Shown: positions 29,029 through 38,061 of the stretch, one piece after another
Layout: each line of letters begins with the position of its first letter
Position numbering within the stretch: the stretch's first letter is position 1
Source of the DNA: a virus
DNA length: 64,000 nucleotides
Direction: 5' to 3' (one strand)
IMG/VR virus record: IMGVR_UViG_3300017717_002521
Coordinates: 1 to 64,000 of that record
The notes under the pieces: generated by a model
What the model was told of the DNA's origin: nothing
Seen by the model: the letters and a program-made list of their open reading frames with translations, nothing else
The model's database searches: none
Program-made: the position numbers and the translations under genes

Positions 29029-29386
29029 GTATAAAGCAAAATTAGTAAGGGTTGTAGACGGCGACACTGCCGATGTTATGATAGACCTTGGGTTTAACGT
29101 TTGGACTAAACAAAGATTAAGGTTCAAAGGAGTTGATACTTGGGAAAAAAGAACTCGAGATAAAGAAGAAAAAATAAGAGGTCTAGCTGCTACTGCATTT
29201 ACTACAGAATATTTAGAAAAAAATAATGGACTGTTTACTATTCAATCATATGGAGTGGGTAAATATGGAAGAGTATTAGCAGAAATTTTTATAGAAGGAG
29301 AAAAGAAATCTCTAAATGAGTTATTATTAGAAAATGGCCACGCTTATGTCTACGATGGTGGCAAGAAAAAAGTATTTCAAGGATGA
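29021..29386 (+). CDS. Thermonuclease (SNase) family protein
   Basis: RVVDGDT, GVDTWE, GKYGRVLA, LLENGHAYVYDGG; start likely MYKYKAK. Confidence 0.85.
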   Translation: MYKYKAKLVRVVDGDTADVMIDLGFNVWTKQRLRFKGVDTWEKRTRDKEEKIRGLAATAFTTEYLEKNNGLFTIQSYGVGKYGRVLAEIFIEGEKKSLNELLLENGHAYVYDGGKKKVFQG

Positions 29387-29429
29387 CAAAACCAGAAATA
29401 GTTCAACTTATAGAAGAAAAGCTACAAAA

Positions 29430-29462
29430 AGTTGAATGTTCGAATTCATTTCCTTACATTAT
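29430..29462 (+). promoter_or_regulatory. -33/-7 promoter (AGTTGA-N19-TACATTAT) upstream of the TonB receptor
   Basis: Variant of the recurrent motif with the same spacing. Confidence 0.55.
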
Positions 29463-29542
29463 TGATGAAAGGATATGGACAACTACTGTAGCCTAAAATG
29501 TTATGTTAATGTTTAACCTTAATTTAATCTAAATCAACGAAA

Positions 29543-32017
29543 ATGAGAAAACTCGTTACAGTGCTGTTAATGTTTTTAGCAGTTGGAGCTTACGCTCAAG
29601 AAACGAGTACTGATTCTAAGACCATCTTAGATGTAAACTTAGAAGAAGTTGTTGTATCGTCTAGAGTTATTGATGTCGCAAAAGAAAGAGAGACACCAAT
29701 TGCAGTTAGTACGATCTCAGCACAAGAAGTACTCCTTAAAGTAGGAAACCAAGAGTTTCCAGAAATTATGAACAAGACACCTGGAGTGTATGCTACTAAA
29801 CAAGGAGGAGGATACGGTGATAGTCGTATTTCTTTAAGAGGTTTCGATCAGCGTAATACTTCTTTCCTTATTAACGGTCAACCCGTTAATGATATGGAAA
29901 ATGGTTGGGTTTATTGGTCAAACTGGCAAGGATTGACAGACGTGACGTCTAGCATCCAAATCCAACGTGGTCTTGGTGCCACATCGTTAGCAGTTCCTTC
30001 AGTCGGTGGAACTGTTTCTATTTTCACTAAGAGTGCAGAGAAAGCTCAAGGTGGGTCTATTACTCAAATGGTAGGTAACGACGGTTACATTAAAACAACC
30101 GCTCTTTACAATACTGGAGTAAATGACAAAGGATGGTCTTCTTCTTATTTATTGACTAAATGGTCTGGTAACGGATATATTTACAATACTTCAGGAGCTG
30201 GTTGGACTTATTTTGCATCTGTTGGTTACACACCAGAAGGTTCAAAACATAGCCTAAACTTATCAGTTTTAGGTGCTGGACAATGGCATCATCAAAGAGA
30301 TGTTTGGGTATCTATTAGAGATTACCAGAACTTTGGTAAAGCCGGTATTGATCAGAGATGGAATACTAACGGTGGAACGTTAAATGGTAGTGAGTATAAC
30401 TTACGTAGAAACTTCTACAATAAACCTCTTGCTACTCTAAACTGGGATTGGGATATTTCAGAAAACGTTCAATTAAATACATCTGTATACGGTTCAGCCG
30501 GAAGAGGTGGAGGAACAGGTCCTAGAGGTAGAAACTATTATGAAGGATCTATCGATATGTTACCTTTCCGTAAGGATCTAACAGAACACTACCTAGAAGA
30601 TGGTAAAGGAACTAGAAATGCTGATGGTACTATTAACTATGACGCAGTAGTTGCTCATAACTCACAATACGAAGTAGGGTCTCATAATGATAAAGATTAC
30701 GCTAGAAACGTATTAGTACGAAGAGCATCTATGAACTCTCATAACTGGATTGGAGCTATCTCTAAGCTTAATATCCAGAAAGGTAGTATGAGATATTCAT
30801 TAGGATTAGATCTTAGGGATTACACAGGTTATCACTACAGAGCAATGAATGATCTATTAGGTCTTAATCAATATGCTTCTACTGGTAACCAAAACTTAAG
30901 TACTCAACTATATAATTCATCTGATTTAATATCAGCTAACCCATTTAGAGGTACTAATATTGGTGATAATGAAGCAAAGATTGCTTATTATAATATTGGA
31001 TTTGTAAAATGGGCTGGATTTAACGGATTAGTAGAATATGCTGGTGATAAGATTACTGCAGTACTACAAGCCGGAGCATCTAACCAACAGTTCCAAAGAG
31101 AAGATAGATTTGCAAACGTAGATAATCCTATTTCTGATAAAGCTAACTTAGGTGGTGGATATCTTAAAGGAGGATTAAACTATAACTTTACTGAAAAATC
31201 TAACGTATTTGTAAACGCTGGATTTATTGACCGTCAGCCTTTATTTGACGCAGTATTCCCTAACTTTGGAAATGACGTTAATCCAGACCTACAAAATGAA
31301 CGTATCGAATCATTTGAGATTGGGTATGGTTATATAGGTAAGAGATTAAGACTAAATGTTAATGCATATAACACTAACTGGGGTAATAGATTTGTTTCTA
31401 GAAGTTTATCTAACCAACAAGGTGTAGATGGTACAGCTCAGTTTAGAAATATTGATGTAACACATAAAGGTTTCGAAGCTGAAGGTACTTACACAGTAGG
31501 AGGTACTAAGCTTAGAGGTATGCTATCTATTGGGGATTGGACTTATACTAAAGACTTTGAAGCAGAGTTATTTGATGAGAATCAACAATCTATCGGTACT
31601 GGTAAACTTTACTTAAAAGGAGCTAAAGTAGGAGATGCTGCACAAACTACAGCATTATTAGGTATTGATCAGAAGATTGGGTCGAACATTAGAGTTGATC
31701 TAGATTACAGATTTGTAGATAACCTATACGCTGACTATAGTATTACTGATTCAGCTTTTACTTCTCCTGATAATGATGGAGCGTTAAAACTACCTTCATT
31801 CGGTTTATTAGATTTAGGAGCTACATTTTATGCTAATAATGGATGGTCGTTAAGAGCGAATATTAATAACTTATTAGATGAAACTTATATTGCAGAGTCT
31901 AATAGTAATATTCATACAGATGCTGATTCCACTACTTGGAACGGTGTTGATGTTAGAAATAGTGTTTGGTTCGGCTTCGGTAGAACTTGGAACGTTTCTC
32001 TCAAATATAAATTTTAA
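29543..32017 (+). CDS. TonB-dependent outer-membrane receptor
   Basis: Signal peptide, TonB-box-like LEEVVVSS, plug ISLRGF...LINGQP...IQIQRG, C-terminal NINNLLDETY...GRTWNVSLKYKF. Confidence 0.92.
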   Translation: MRKLVTVLLMFLAVGAYAQETSTDSKTILDVNLEEVVVSSRVIDVAKERETPIAVSTISAQEVLLKVGNQEFPEIMNKTPGVYATKQGGGYGDSRISLRGFDQRNTSFLINGQPVNDMENGWVYWSNWQGLTDVTSSIQIQRGLGATSLAVPSVGGTVSIFTKSAEKAQGGSITQMVGNDGYIKTTALYNTGVNDKGWSSSYLLTKWSGNGYIYNTSGAGWTYFASVGYTPEGSKHSLNLSVLGAGQWHHQRDVWVSIRDYQNFGKAGIDQRWNTNGGTLNGSEYNLRRNFYNKPLATLNWDWDISENVQLNTSVYGSAGRGGGTGPRGRNYYEGSIDMLPFRKDLTEHYLEDGKGTRNADGTINYDAVVAHNSQYEVGSHNDKDYARNVLVRRASMNSHNWIGAISKLNIQKGSMRYSLGLDLRDYTGYHYRAMNDLLGLNQYASTGNQNLSTQLYNSSDLISANPFRGTNIGDNEAKIAYYNIGFVKWAGFNGLVEYAGDKITAVLQAGASNQQFQREDRFANVDNPISDKANLGGGYLKGGLNYNFTEKSNVFVNAGFIDRQPLFDAVFPNFGNDVNPDLQNERIESFEIGYGYIGKRLRLNVNAYNTNWGNRFVSRSLSNQQGVDGTAQFRNIDVTHKGFEAEGTYTVGGTKLRGMLSIGDWTYTKDFEAELFDENQQSIGTGKLYLKGAKVGDAAQTTALLGIDQKIGSNIRVDLDYRFVDNLYADYSITDSAFTSPDNDGALKLPSFGLLDLGATFYANNGWSLRANINNLLDETYIAESNSNIHTDADSTTWNGVDVRNSVWFGFGRTWNVSLKYKF

Positions 32018-32019
32018 TT

Positions 32020-32046
32020 AAAGGGGGCTTCGGCCCCTTTTTTTTT
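32020..32046 (+). terminator. Intrinsic terminator
   Basis: GGGGC-TTCG-GCCCC followed by a T-run. Confidence 0.85.
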
Positions 32047-32051
32047 CTTAT

Positions 32052-32297
32052 ATGGATTGGGATATAGTATTTACGTTTATAATAGTAGGAACGGTTTTAT
32101 TCTTCTATCAATTTGGACAAGATATTTTTGAGAAAAGTAAAATGTTCAAACGTCATAAAGCTAAAGGAGAAGATAGATGGAAATGGGCAACTACCCCGCC
32201 TTATTTTACTTTTAAAAAAATTTTATATTGGGTATTTCTAGCTATAGTTTTAACAGTTACCCTATACTTAGGGTTTAAAATAGAAACAGAATTTTAA
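32052..32297 (+). CDS. Small 2-TM membrane protein
   Basis: Two hydrophobic segments in 81 aa. Confidence 0.55.
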   Translation: MDWDIVFTFIIVGTVLFFYQFGQDIFEKSKMFKRHKAKGEDRWKWATTPPYFTFKKILYWVFLAIVLTVTLYLGFKIETEF

Positions 32298-33089
32298 ATG
32301 AAAAAATTAAATTTTGCAGATTGGGTAGGAATGGGTTTTATTATTATAATGATAATAGTATTTCTTCTTATACCTTCTCCCGCCAAAGCAGATTGGGGTA
32401 AAACAGGACATAGGGTTATAGGACAAATAGCACAAGATAACTTAACTCCCAAAGCCCAAAAAGAAATATCAGATTTACTATACGGCGAAACATTAGCTAC
32501 AGTTAGTACATGGGCAGACGAGATTAGATCTGACTCTTCTTATGACAGTTACAAAGTATGGCATTACGTTAATATGCCTTTAGATAAAAAATATGAAGAA
32601 GTAGAACATACTCAAGACAATGTAGTTATAGGTATTCAAAAATGTATAGCAGTTTTAAAAGATAATTCAGCAAGTAAAGAAGAAAAAATTTTTCATTTAC
32701 GATTTTTAGTACATTTAGTTGGTGATATTCATCAACCTTTACACGTAGGTAGAGCAGAAGACTACGGCGGAAATAAAATATATGTAGAGTTTTTTAAAGA
32801 CGGAACTAATATACATAGAGTATGGGATACCGATATGATTGAAAACTTTAATATGAGTTATACTGAAATATCCGAATATCTACAGTCATATAAAAAACAA
32901 GATTTTGCTCAAGGAGACGCAATATGCTGGGCGAACGAATCTCAACAAATAGTTAAGAAAGTTTATGAAATAGAAGTTGGAGAACAGCTTTCATATTCTT
33001 ATATTTACAGTAACTTCTATATAGTAAAAGATAGGTTATATAGAGCAGGTATCAGATTAGCTAATTTATTAAACTCAATATATGTCTAA
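32298..33089 (+). CDS. S1/P1 nuclease, exported
   Basis: Signal/anchor followed by WGKTGH, WADEIR, WHYVN, HLVGDIHQPLH, HRVWD, AGIRLA. Confidence 0.93.
   Translation: MKKLNFADWVGMGFIIIMIIVFLLIPSPAKADWGKTGHRVIGQIAQDNLTPKAQKEISDLLYGETLATVSTWADEIRSDSSYDSYKVWHYVNMPLDKKYEEVEHTQDNVVIGIQKCIAVLKDNSASKEEKIFHLRFLVHLVGDIHQPLHVGRAEDYGGNKIYVEFFKDGTNIHRVWDTDMIENFNMSYTEISEYLQSYKKQDFAQGDAICWANESQQIVKKVYEIEVGEQLSYSYIYSNFYIVKDRLYRAGIRLANLLNSIYV
32975..33007 (+). promoter_or_regulatory. -33/-7 promoter (AGTTGG-N19-TATATTTA) inside the nuclease gene
   Basis: Exact recurrent motif; would drive the genes from 33082 onward. Confidence 0.6.
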
Positions 33090-33300
33090 AGAACTACTTT
33101 ACAAGATTTTCGTTGTCTTCATCGGTACAGGTTGCATGATGGTCGGACCATTTTTCGTTAACTTCCTACTAGGTAAAATATTATCTGTTATTGGGTTAGC
33201 ATTACTAACAGTTCAAACTCAAAGAACTAAATCTTATAATCTATCTCTACTTAATGTAGTAGGTATATGCGGTTACCTATATAGCATCTTTACTCAATGA
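33082..33300 (+). CDS. Small 3-TM membrane protein (possible half-transporter)
   Basis: 72 aa, three hydrophobic helices, N-x4-N-x5-GY motif shared with 39079..39432. Confidence 0.55.
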   Translation: MSKELLYKIFVVFIGTGCMMVGPFFVNFLLGKILSVIGLALLTVQTQRTKSYNLSLLNVVGICGYLYSIFTQ

Positions 33301-33830
33301 GCAAGTTAATTAATTTATTTGGAGGCCCCGGAATAGGAAAAAGTGGAATTGCAGCAGGTTTAACATATGAATTAAAAAGGAAGCATATAAGTTGTAACAA
33401 CCCTTATGAGTTCCCTAAAAAACTGGCATGGGATAAAAACTATCCAGCTATACAAGATCAGTTATATGTATTTGCTAATCAACATAGAGGTATAGCAGAG
33501 TGTTACAATAAAGTAGACTATATTATCATTGACTCTCCCGTAATGTTTTCTACTATCTATCATAGCTACTATACAAAAGGATACCCAGCAGAAAACTATG
33601 GACAATCGTTTCATAATATGGTAGTTGATCTTCATAATACTTACGATAATCTTAACATACTACTAAAGAGATCGAATACAGAGATTAATGAAGCAGAAAG
33701 ATTTCAAGATCTTAAACAATCTATAGAGATTGATGAATTATGTAAAGCTAAGTTAGAGGAACATAATTTACCGTACGTTGAAATAGAGGTAAATGATGAT
33801 ACAGTAAATGAAATATTAAAATTGTTATAA
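33297..33830 (+). CDS. AAA_28 / NadR-like nucleoside or nucleotide kinase
   Basis: INLFGGPGIGKS, EFPK, IIDSP, ERFQ. Confidence 0.75.
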   Translation: MSKLINLFGGPGIGKSGIAAGLTYELKRKHISCNNPYEFPKKLAWDKNYPAIQDQLYVFANQHRGIAECYNKVDYIIIDSPVMFSTIYHSYYTKGYPAENYGQSFHNMVVDLHNTYDNLNILLKRSNTEINEAERFQDLKQSIEIDELCKAKLEEHNLPYVEIEVNDDTVNEILKLL

Positions 33831-34249
33831 TGGAAAAAAATAAGTTATATTTAAGTTGGAAATGGGTAGACGATCAAATTAATAAAATAGGAGATAAACT
33901 TGAAAGTATAGATTTAGAATTTGTATCTGGTATACCCAGAGGAGGATTAATACCTGCAGTTATGATGTCACATGCATACGGTATTAAGTATATTAGCTAC
34001 TCTTCAGCTAAAATGCTACCATTAGAATTAAGAAAGAAAACCATAGTAATAGATGATATATCAGATACTGGGTTGACTATGTCTGAAGCTGATAAATTAA
34101 AATTTATTACATCTAGTCTCACCACAAGAGTAGGTACTAAAACGTTGCCTAGGCTTACGGGTGAATTGATAAGTGACGATCGCTGGTTAGTATTTCCTTG
34201 GGAAACTTTAGATAGTATTCCTGTTCAAGATTATTTGATGAATTCATAA
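33830..34249 (+). CDS. Type I phosphoribosyltransferase (xanthine/guanine PRT-like)
   Basis: GIPRGGLIPA, PRPP loop IVIDDISDTGLT, WLVFPWE. Confidence 0.88.
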   Translation: MEKNKLYLSWKWVDDQINKIGDKLESIDLEFVSGIPRGGLIPAVMMSHAYGIKYISYSSAKMLPLELRKKTIVIDDISDTGLTMSEADKLKFITSSLTTRVGTKTLPRLTGELISDDRWLVFPWETLDSIPVQDYLMNS

Positions 34250-34255
34250 TGAATA

Positions 34256-34975
34256 ATGAAAAATGCTGTAGTAGTTGTTGATATTAAACAGAAAGGCATA
34301 CATTCTCTTTTACAGTATAACATAAATGCACTTAAACAATATAGTCAACGAACCAGATCTGAATTAATTATTATCAGTTCTAAAATACTTGACCAGAAGT
34401 ATAATCTTCATAAACAAGCTCCATATCCGTATCTTAGGTTTGAAAAAAATCAAATTTACCGTCTTTTCAAAGAATATGATCGAATATTAAGATTGGACAG
34501 TGATACTATGATAATGCAGAACTGCCCTAATTATTTTGATTTAGATCCTAAGAATATGTATGTCACAAGAGAAGATGTTGGAAGTAGAAAAGAACCTAGG
34601 TTAAGACAAATAAAAACTATACAATCACAACTGGGTACTGTAGAAGGCTGGAATAGTTTCTACTTTAATAGCGGTGTCATATTAGCTTCTAGCATACATA
34701 AAGAAGCATTTAATTTAGATAATGTTGACCTGTCAAAAGTAAAAGGTGGACTTCAAGAACAAACGGTTCTTAACTGGCTTACTTTTAAATTAAAATTAAG
34801 TATCGTAGATTTAGGTCCTTATTTTAATTTTATTGAATTTTTTGAAACTGAAAATTTCGGTTTAAGAAAAAACTCCAATATAATACATTATGCTGGTAAA
34901 ACAAACGATAAAAAAGTAAAAGATTTAAAAAGAGATATAACCAACTTTAACAGTAAAAATAAAGAATTAATTTAA
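34256..34975 (+). CDS. Glycosyltransferase family 8-like
   Basis: LDSD, YFNSGV, EQTVLN, IIHYAG. Confidence 0.8.
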   Translation: MKNAVVVVDIKQKGIHSLLQYNINALKQYSQRTRSELIIISSKILDQKYNLHKQAPYPYLRFEKNQIYRLFKEYDRILRLDSDTMIMQNCPNYFDLDPKNMYVTREDVGSRKEPRLRQIKTIQSQLGTVEGWNSFYFNSGVILASSIHKEAFNLDNVDLSKVKGGLQEQTVLNWLTFKLKLSIVDLGPYFNFIEFFETENFGLRKNSNIIHYAGKTNDKKVKDLKRDITNFNSKNKELI

Positions 34976-34976
34976 A

Positions 34977-35669
34977 GTGGATAAAAAATCAATTCTTATT
35001 GTTGGCGTTCATAGATCCGGTACAACCTTTTTAGGTGGCAAACTTGGGAAACAAATAGGAAAGTTTATATCGGAACCTTGGAACTCTTGGGTTCATATTG
35101 ATTCCTACAAAGCTAGTACCTATCCTATCGATAGTTATATCAGTAAATCTGATACTGTTATTAAAACTTTTCCTGATCAATTACCTATTAATTATACAGG
35201 GAGTAAGTTAGATTGGTTATTAGAGGTAGTAGAGTATATAGGGGTAAGTAGGACTATATTAATTAGTAGAAAAAACTTCAAGGAGCATCTAACAAGTTAC
35301 ACAAACCTAATGTACAGAGTATATAAGCATAGACAGTTTTATAAACATACTGGAATATTCGACTCCAGCCTAAAACTACCCGTTCATTCTGAATGGAGAG
35401 AAGAAGATATTCCAGAATGGTATTTAAATCTTAAGGACGAGGAGAAAAAAAATAAGAATGACCTTACTAAAAATAGAGATTTGCTATTTAATCTTTCTAC
35501 TACAATTGATAAGAAAATAACTTGGTATGAGGATTTATTTGGTGGGGATCGAGAAAAATCTCTAGAGATTATCAAGTCGTGGAATTTTAATATTAACGAA
35601 AATAAACTTAATACTGACCTAAATCCTAAGTACAAAAAAAAGAAATCTAATCGAACTGAAATAATATGA
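34977..35669 (+). CDS. Sulfotransferase-like protein
   Basis: 5'-PSB motif GVHRSGTT, SEP, ITWYEDL. Confidence 0.7.
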   Translation: MDKKSILIVGVHRSGTTFLGGKLGKQIGKFISEPWNSWVHIDSYKASTYPIDSYISKSDTVIKTFPDQLPINYTGSKLDWLLEVVEYIGVSRTILISRKNFKEHLTSYTNLMYRVYKHRQFYKHTGIFDSSLKLPVHSEWREEDIPEWYLNLKDEEKKNKNDLTKNRDLLFNLSTTIDKKITWYEDLFGGDREKSLEIIKSWNFNINENKLNTDLNPKYKKKKSNRTEII

Positions 35670-35694
35670 ATCAAAATATAAAAAAAATATTTTT

Positions 35695-35727
35695 AGTTTG
35701 TAGTTTTAAATTTTATTCTTATATTAA
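35695..35727 (+). promoter_or_regulatory. -33/-7 promoter (AGTTTG-N19-TATATTAA) of the folE operon
   Basis: Recurrent motif directly upstream of a riboswitch-like element. Confidence 0.7.
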
Positions 35728-35733
35728 TAATAA

Positions 35734-35763
35734 TGAGTCGTAGAACCTCAATAAAAACAAAAG
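35734..35763 (+). ncRNA. preQ1-I-like riboswitch candidate
   Basis: P1 UGAG/CUCA, loop UCGUAGAAC, tail AUAAAAACAAAAG ending 3 nt before the folE ATG. Confidence 0.72.
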
Positions 35764-35766
35764 TAA

Positions 35767-36480
35767 ATGCCTAAAAAATTTATAGAAGGAACTGAATTAG
35801 TTCGTGCCGGTTTTGCTAACGGTATATCAAGTCAACTAGCAAAGAAACAACAAACTGAAGGACCTGAAGCAAGGTTAGATTCAGAAGAAAAACAAGTTAT
35901 AATAGAAAATGCTGCTAAAGCATATGGAGACTTCTTAACTGCTCTAGGATGTAATTATAAAGAAGATCCTAACTCTTCAGATACTCCAATGAGAGTAGCA
36001 AAAGCATACGTTAACGATTTATGGGCTGGAAGATATAGTCCACTAGACCGTATTACAGCATTTCCATCAGACGGTTATGACGGTATAGTTCAAGAGAGTA
36101 ACATACCTGTAACGTCTATGTGTTCTCACCACCATCAAGCTATTAGAGGTACAGTAAGTATTGCTTATATAGCATCTCAAGATGGTAAAGTAGTAGGTTT
36201 ATCTAAACTAAATAGAATAGTAGAGCAGTTCGGTAGAAGAGGTGCTATACAAGAACAGCTGACTGTAGCTATACATAATGCTGTAGATAAGATATGTGAA
36301 GGTAACTTAGGAGTAGCAGTACAAGTGAATGCAACTCATGCATGTGTATCATGTAGAGGAGTAAAGCATCATAGTGCTTCAATGCAAACAGCTAAACTTA
36401 CAGGTGCTTTCTTAGATGAAGATTCTGCTAAAGCAGAGTTCTACAAGAATATAGAATTAGCAAGTATATGCAAACATTAA
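35767..36480 (+). CDS. folE: GTP cyclohydrolase I
   Basis: TPMRVAKAY, SMCSHHH, VVGLSKLNR, IQEQL, HACVSCRGV. Confidence 0.96.
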   Translation: MPKKFIEGTELVRAGFANGISSQLAKKQQTEGPEARLDSEEKQVIIENAAKAYGDFLTALGCNYKEDPNSSDTPMRVAKAYVNDLWAGRYSPLDRITAFPSDGYDGIVQESNIPVTSMCSHHHQAIRGTVSIAYIASQDGKVVGLSKLNRIVEQFGRRGAIQEQLTVAIHNAVDKICEGNLGVAVQVNATHACVSCRGVKHHSASMQTAKLTGAFLDEDSAKAEFYKNIELASICKH

Positions 36481-36484
36481 TATT

Positions 36485-37057
36485 ATGAAAGGTAAACAAT
36501 TATCACTATTTCCAGAAGAAGCAGATAACGTATGGGTTAACGATTACGTACCGTTTGTATCTGAAGTAGAAACATTTAACGAAACATTTAACAAACCGAA
36601 CAACTATGAACCAACCATCCCATCTGAAAAAGAGTGGAAATTCGTTTATAACTTTATCCTCGAAGAACTCGAAGAATATAGAGAAGCTTGCGAACGAGGC
36701 GACATTGTGGAAGTTCTGGACGCTTTGTGCGACATTGCTTATGTTTCCATTGGGAACGGGACTATGTTACATGGCCTTAAAAATAAGATATGGCCGGCAT
36801 ATCAAGAGGTACAAGCTTCAAATATGTCGAAAGCTTGTTCGACTGAAGAAGAGGCCATACAGAGTGTCAGCAAAAGAAGTAAGGAACAAGGTGAGGCCTG
36901 TCATTTTGAGAAGGTTGCGGAGGGACGGTACATTGTCTATCGTACAAGAGACAGAAAAGTAATGAAGAGTAATAATTACTTTAGACCAGACTTACAGCAG
37001 TTCTTTAGCGGTGATGATATTGTAAGAACAAGACCCCAACAACATTCAGGAATATGA
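36485..37057 (+). CDS. MazG-like / PRA-PH all-alpha NTP pyrophosphohydrolase
   Basis: ILEELEEY, EVLDALCDIAYV, EVQASNMSK. Confidence 0.82.
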   Translation: MKGKQLSLFPEEADNVWVNDYVPFVSEVETFNETFNKPNNYEPTIPSEKEWKFVYNFILEELEEYREACERGDIVEVLDALCDIAYVSIGNGTMLHGLKNKIWPAYQEVQASNMSKACSTEEEAIQSVSKRSKEQGEACHFEKVAEGRYIVYRTRDRKVMKSNNYFRPDLQQFFSGDDIVRTRPQQHSGI

Positions 37058-37263
37058 TTAAAATAGAAGATTTTAAAAAAGAATTTAACGGAGAATTTTA
37101 CGTACCCCTCTCTATCGCTAACCAAGCAGTTAAAGAAGCTTACCAAAGCAATAAAGAGTATAATCAAATGAACAATAAGTTAGAAGATCTTAATAAACAA
37201 TTAAATGATGCTATGAAAGAAATAGGAGAAGGGTTTAAAGATATGAAAAATTTAAAGTTATAA
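37054..37263 (+). CDS. Small coiled-coil hypothetical protein
   Basis: 69-aa ORF within the operon. Confidence 0.5.
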   Translation: MIKIEDFKKEFNGEFYVPLSIANQAVKEAYQSNKEYNQMNNKLEDLNKQLNDAMKEIGEGFKDMKNLKL

Positions 37264-37266
37264 TGT

Positions 37267-38061
37267 ATGATTAAAATAGCTCATGAAGCTCCTATAGATA
37301 TTTTTGACGAAGTTCAAAGGTTAACTGATTACGATTACGCTTTAGTTCATTTATTAGAGCAAAATGGTAGATATAGAGATACGTTTGAAAGAGCAGTTAA
37401 AAGAGGTAGAGAAGTTATTTTAGATAACTCTATTTTTGAGTTAGAAGAAGCATTTGAAGCTGATAGATTTGCATTATGGGTTGAAAGATTAAAACCTACT
37501 TGGTATATAGTTCCAGATGCATTGGAGAATGCTGAAAAGACTATGGAACAAGCACTTGATTGGGTTAAAAGTTATAAAAGTATACCTGGGAAAAAAATAG
37601 GTGTTGTTCAAGGTAAAAACTATCACGAGATTGTAGCTTGTTATAAGTTTATGGACACTAGAGATATTGATATGATAGCTATTTCATTCGATTATTCGTA
37701 TTATAGTGATTCTATTCCTCATCCTAACAAGTATGTTAGCTGGATGCTAGGACGTGTTAAGCTACTAGGAGATTTAGAGAGAGACGGTATAATTAATAAA
37801 GATAAACCTCATCACTTACTAGGTTGTGGATTACCTCAAGAATTTAGTTTTTATAAAAATGCTAACTATAAATGGCTCTACTCTTTAGATACTTCTAACC
37901 CAGTAGTCCACGGTCTAAAAGGTATAGAGTATGACAGAGAAGGACTTTGGTCTAAAGAATCTCAAAAGTTACATGAATTAATTAATGTACCTATAGAAGA
38001 GATTGATATTGAGAAAGTAACTAGTAATATAGAGAAGTTTAGATGGCTAACAAATGGATAA
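37267..38061 (+). CDS. dpdA: TGT-fold guanine transglycosylase-like protein (DpdA-like, probably DpdA3 type)
   Basis: ILDNS, IVPD, GVVQG, HHLLG, SLDTSNP correspond to TGT catalytic motifs; located in the que gene cluster. Confidence 0.75.
   Translation: MIKIAHEAPIDIFDEVQRLTDYDYALVHLLEQNGRYRDTFERAVKRGREVILDNSIFELEEAFEADRFALWVERLKPTWYIVPDALENAEKTMEQALDWVKSYKSIPGKKIGVVQGKNYHEIVACYKFMDTRDIDMIAISFDYSYYSDSIPHPNKYVSWMLGRVKLLGDLERDGIINKDKPHHLLGCGLPQEFSFYKNANYKWLYSLDTSNPVVHGLKGIEYDREGLWSKESQKLHELINVPIEEIDIEKVTSNIEKFRWLTNG

Noticed and set aside
29463-29542. TPP or cobalamin riboswitch upstream of the TonB receptor
   Set aside because: Leader is short and AT-rich and lacks the conserved cores
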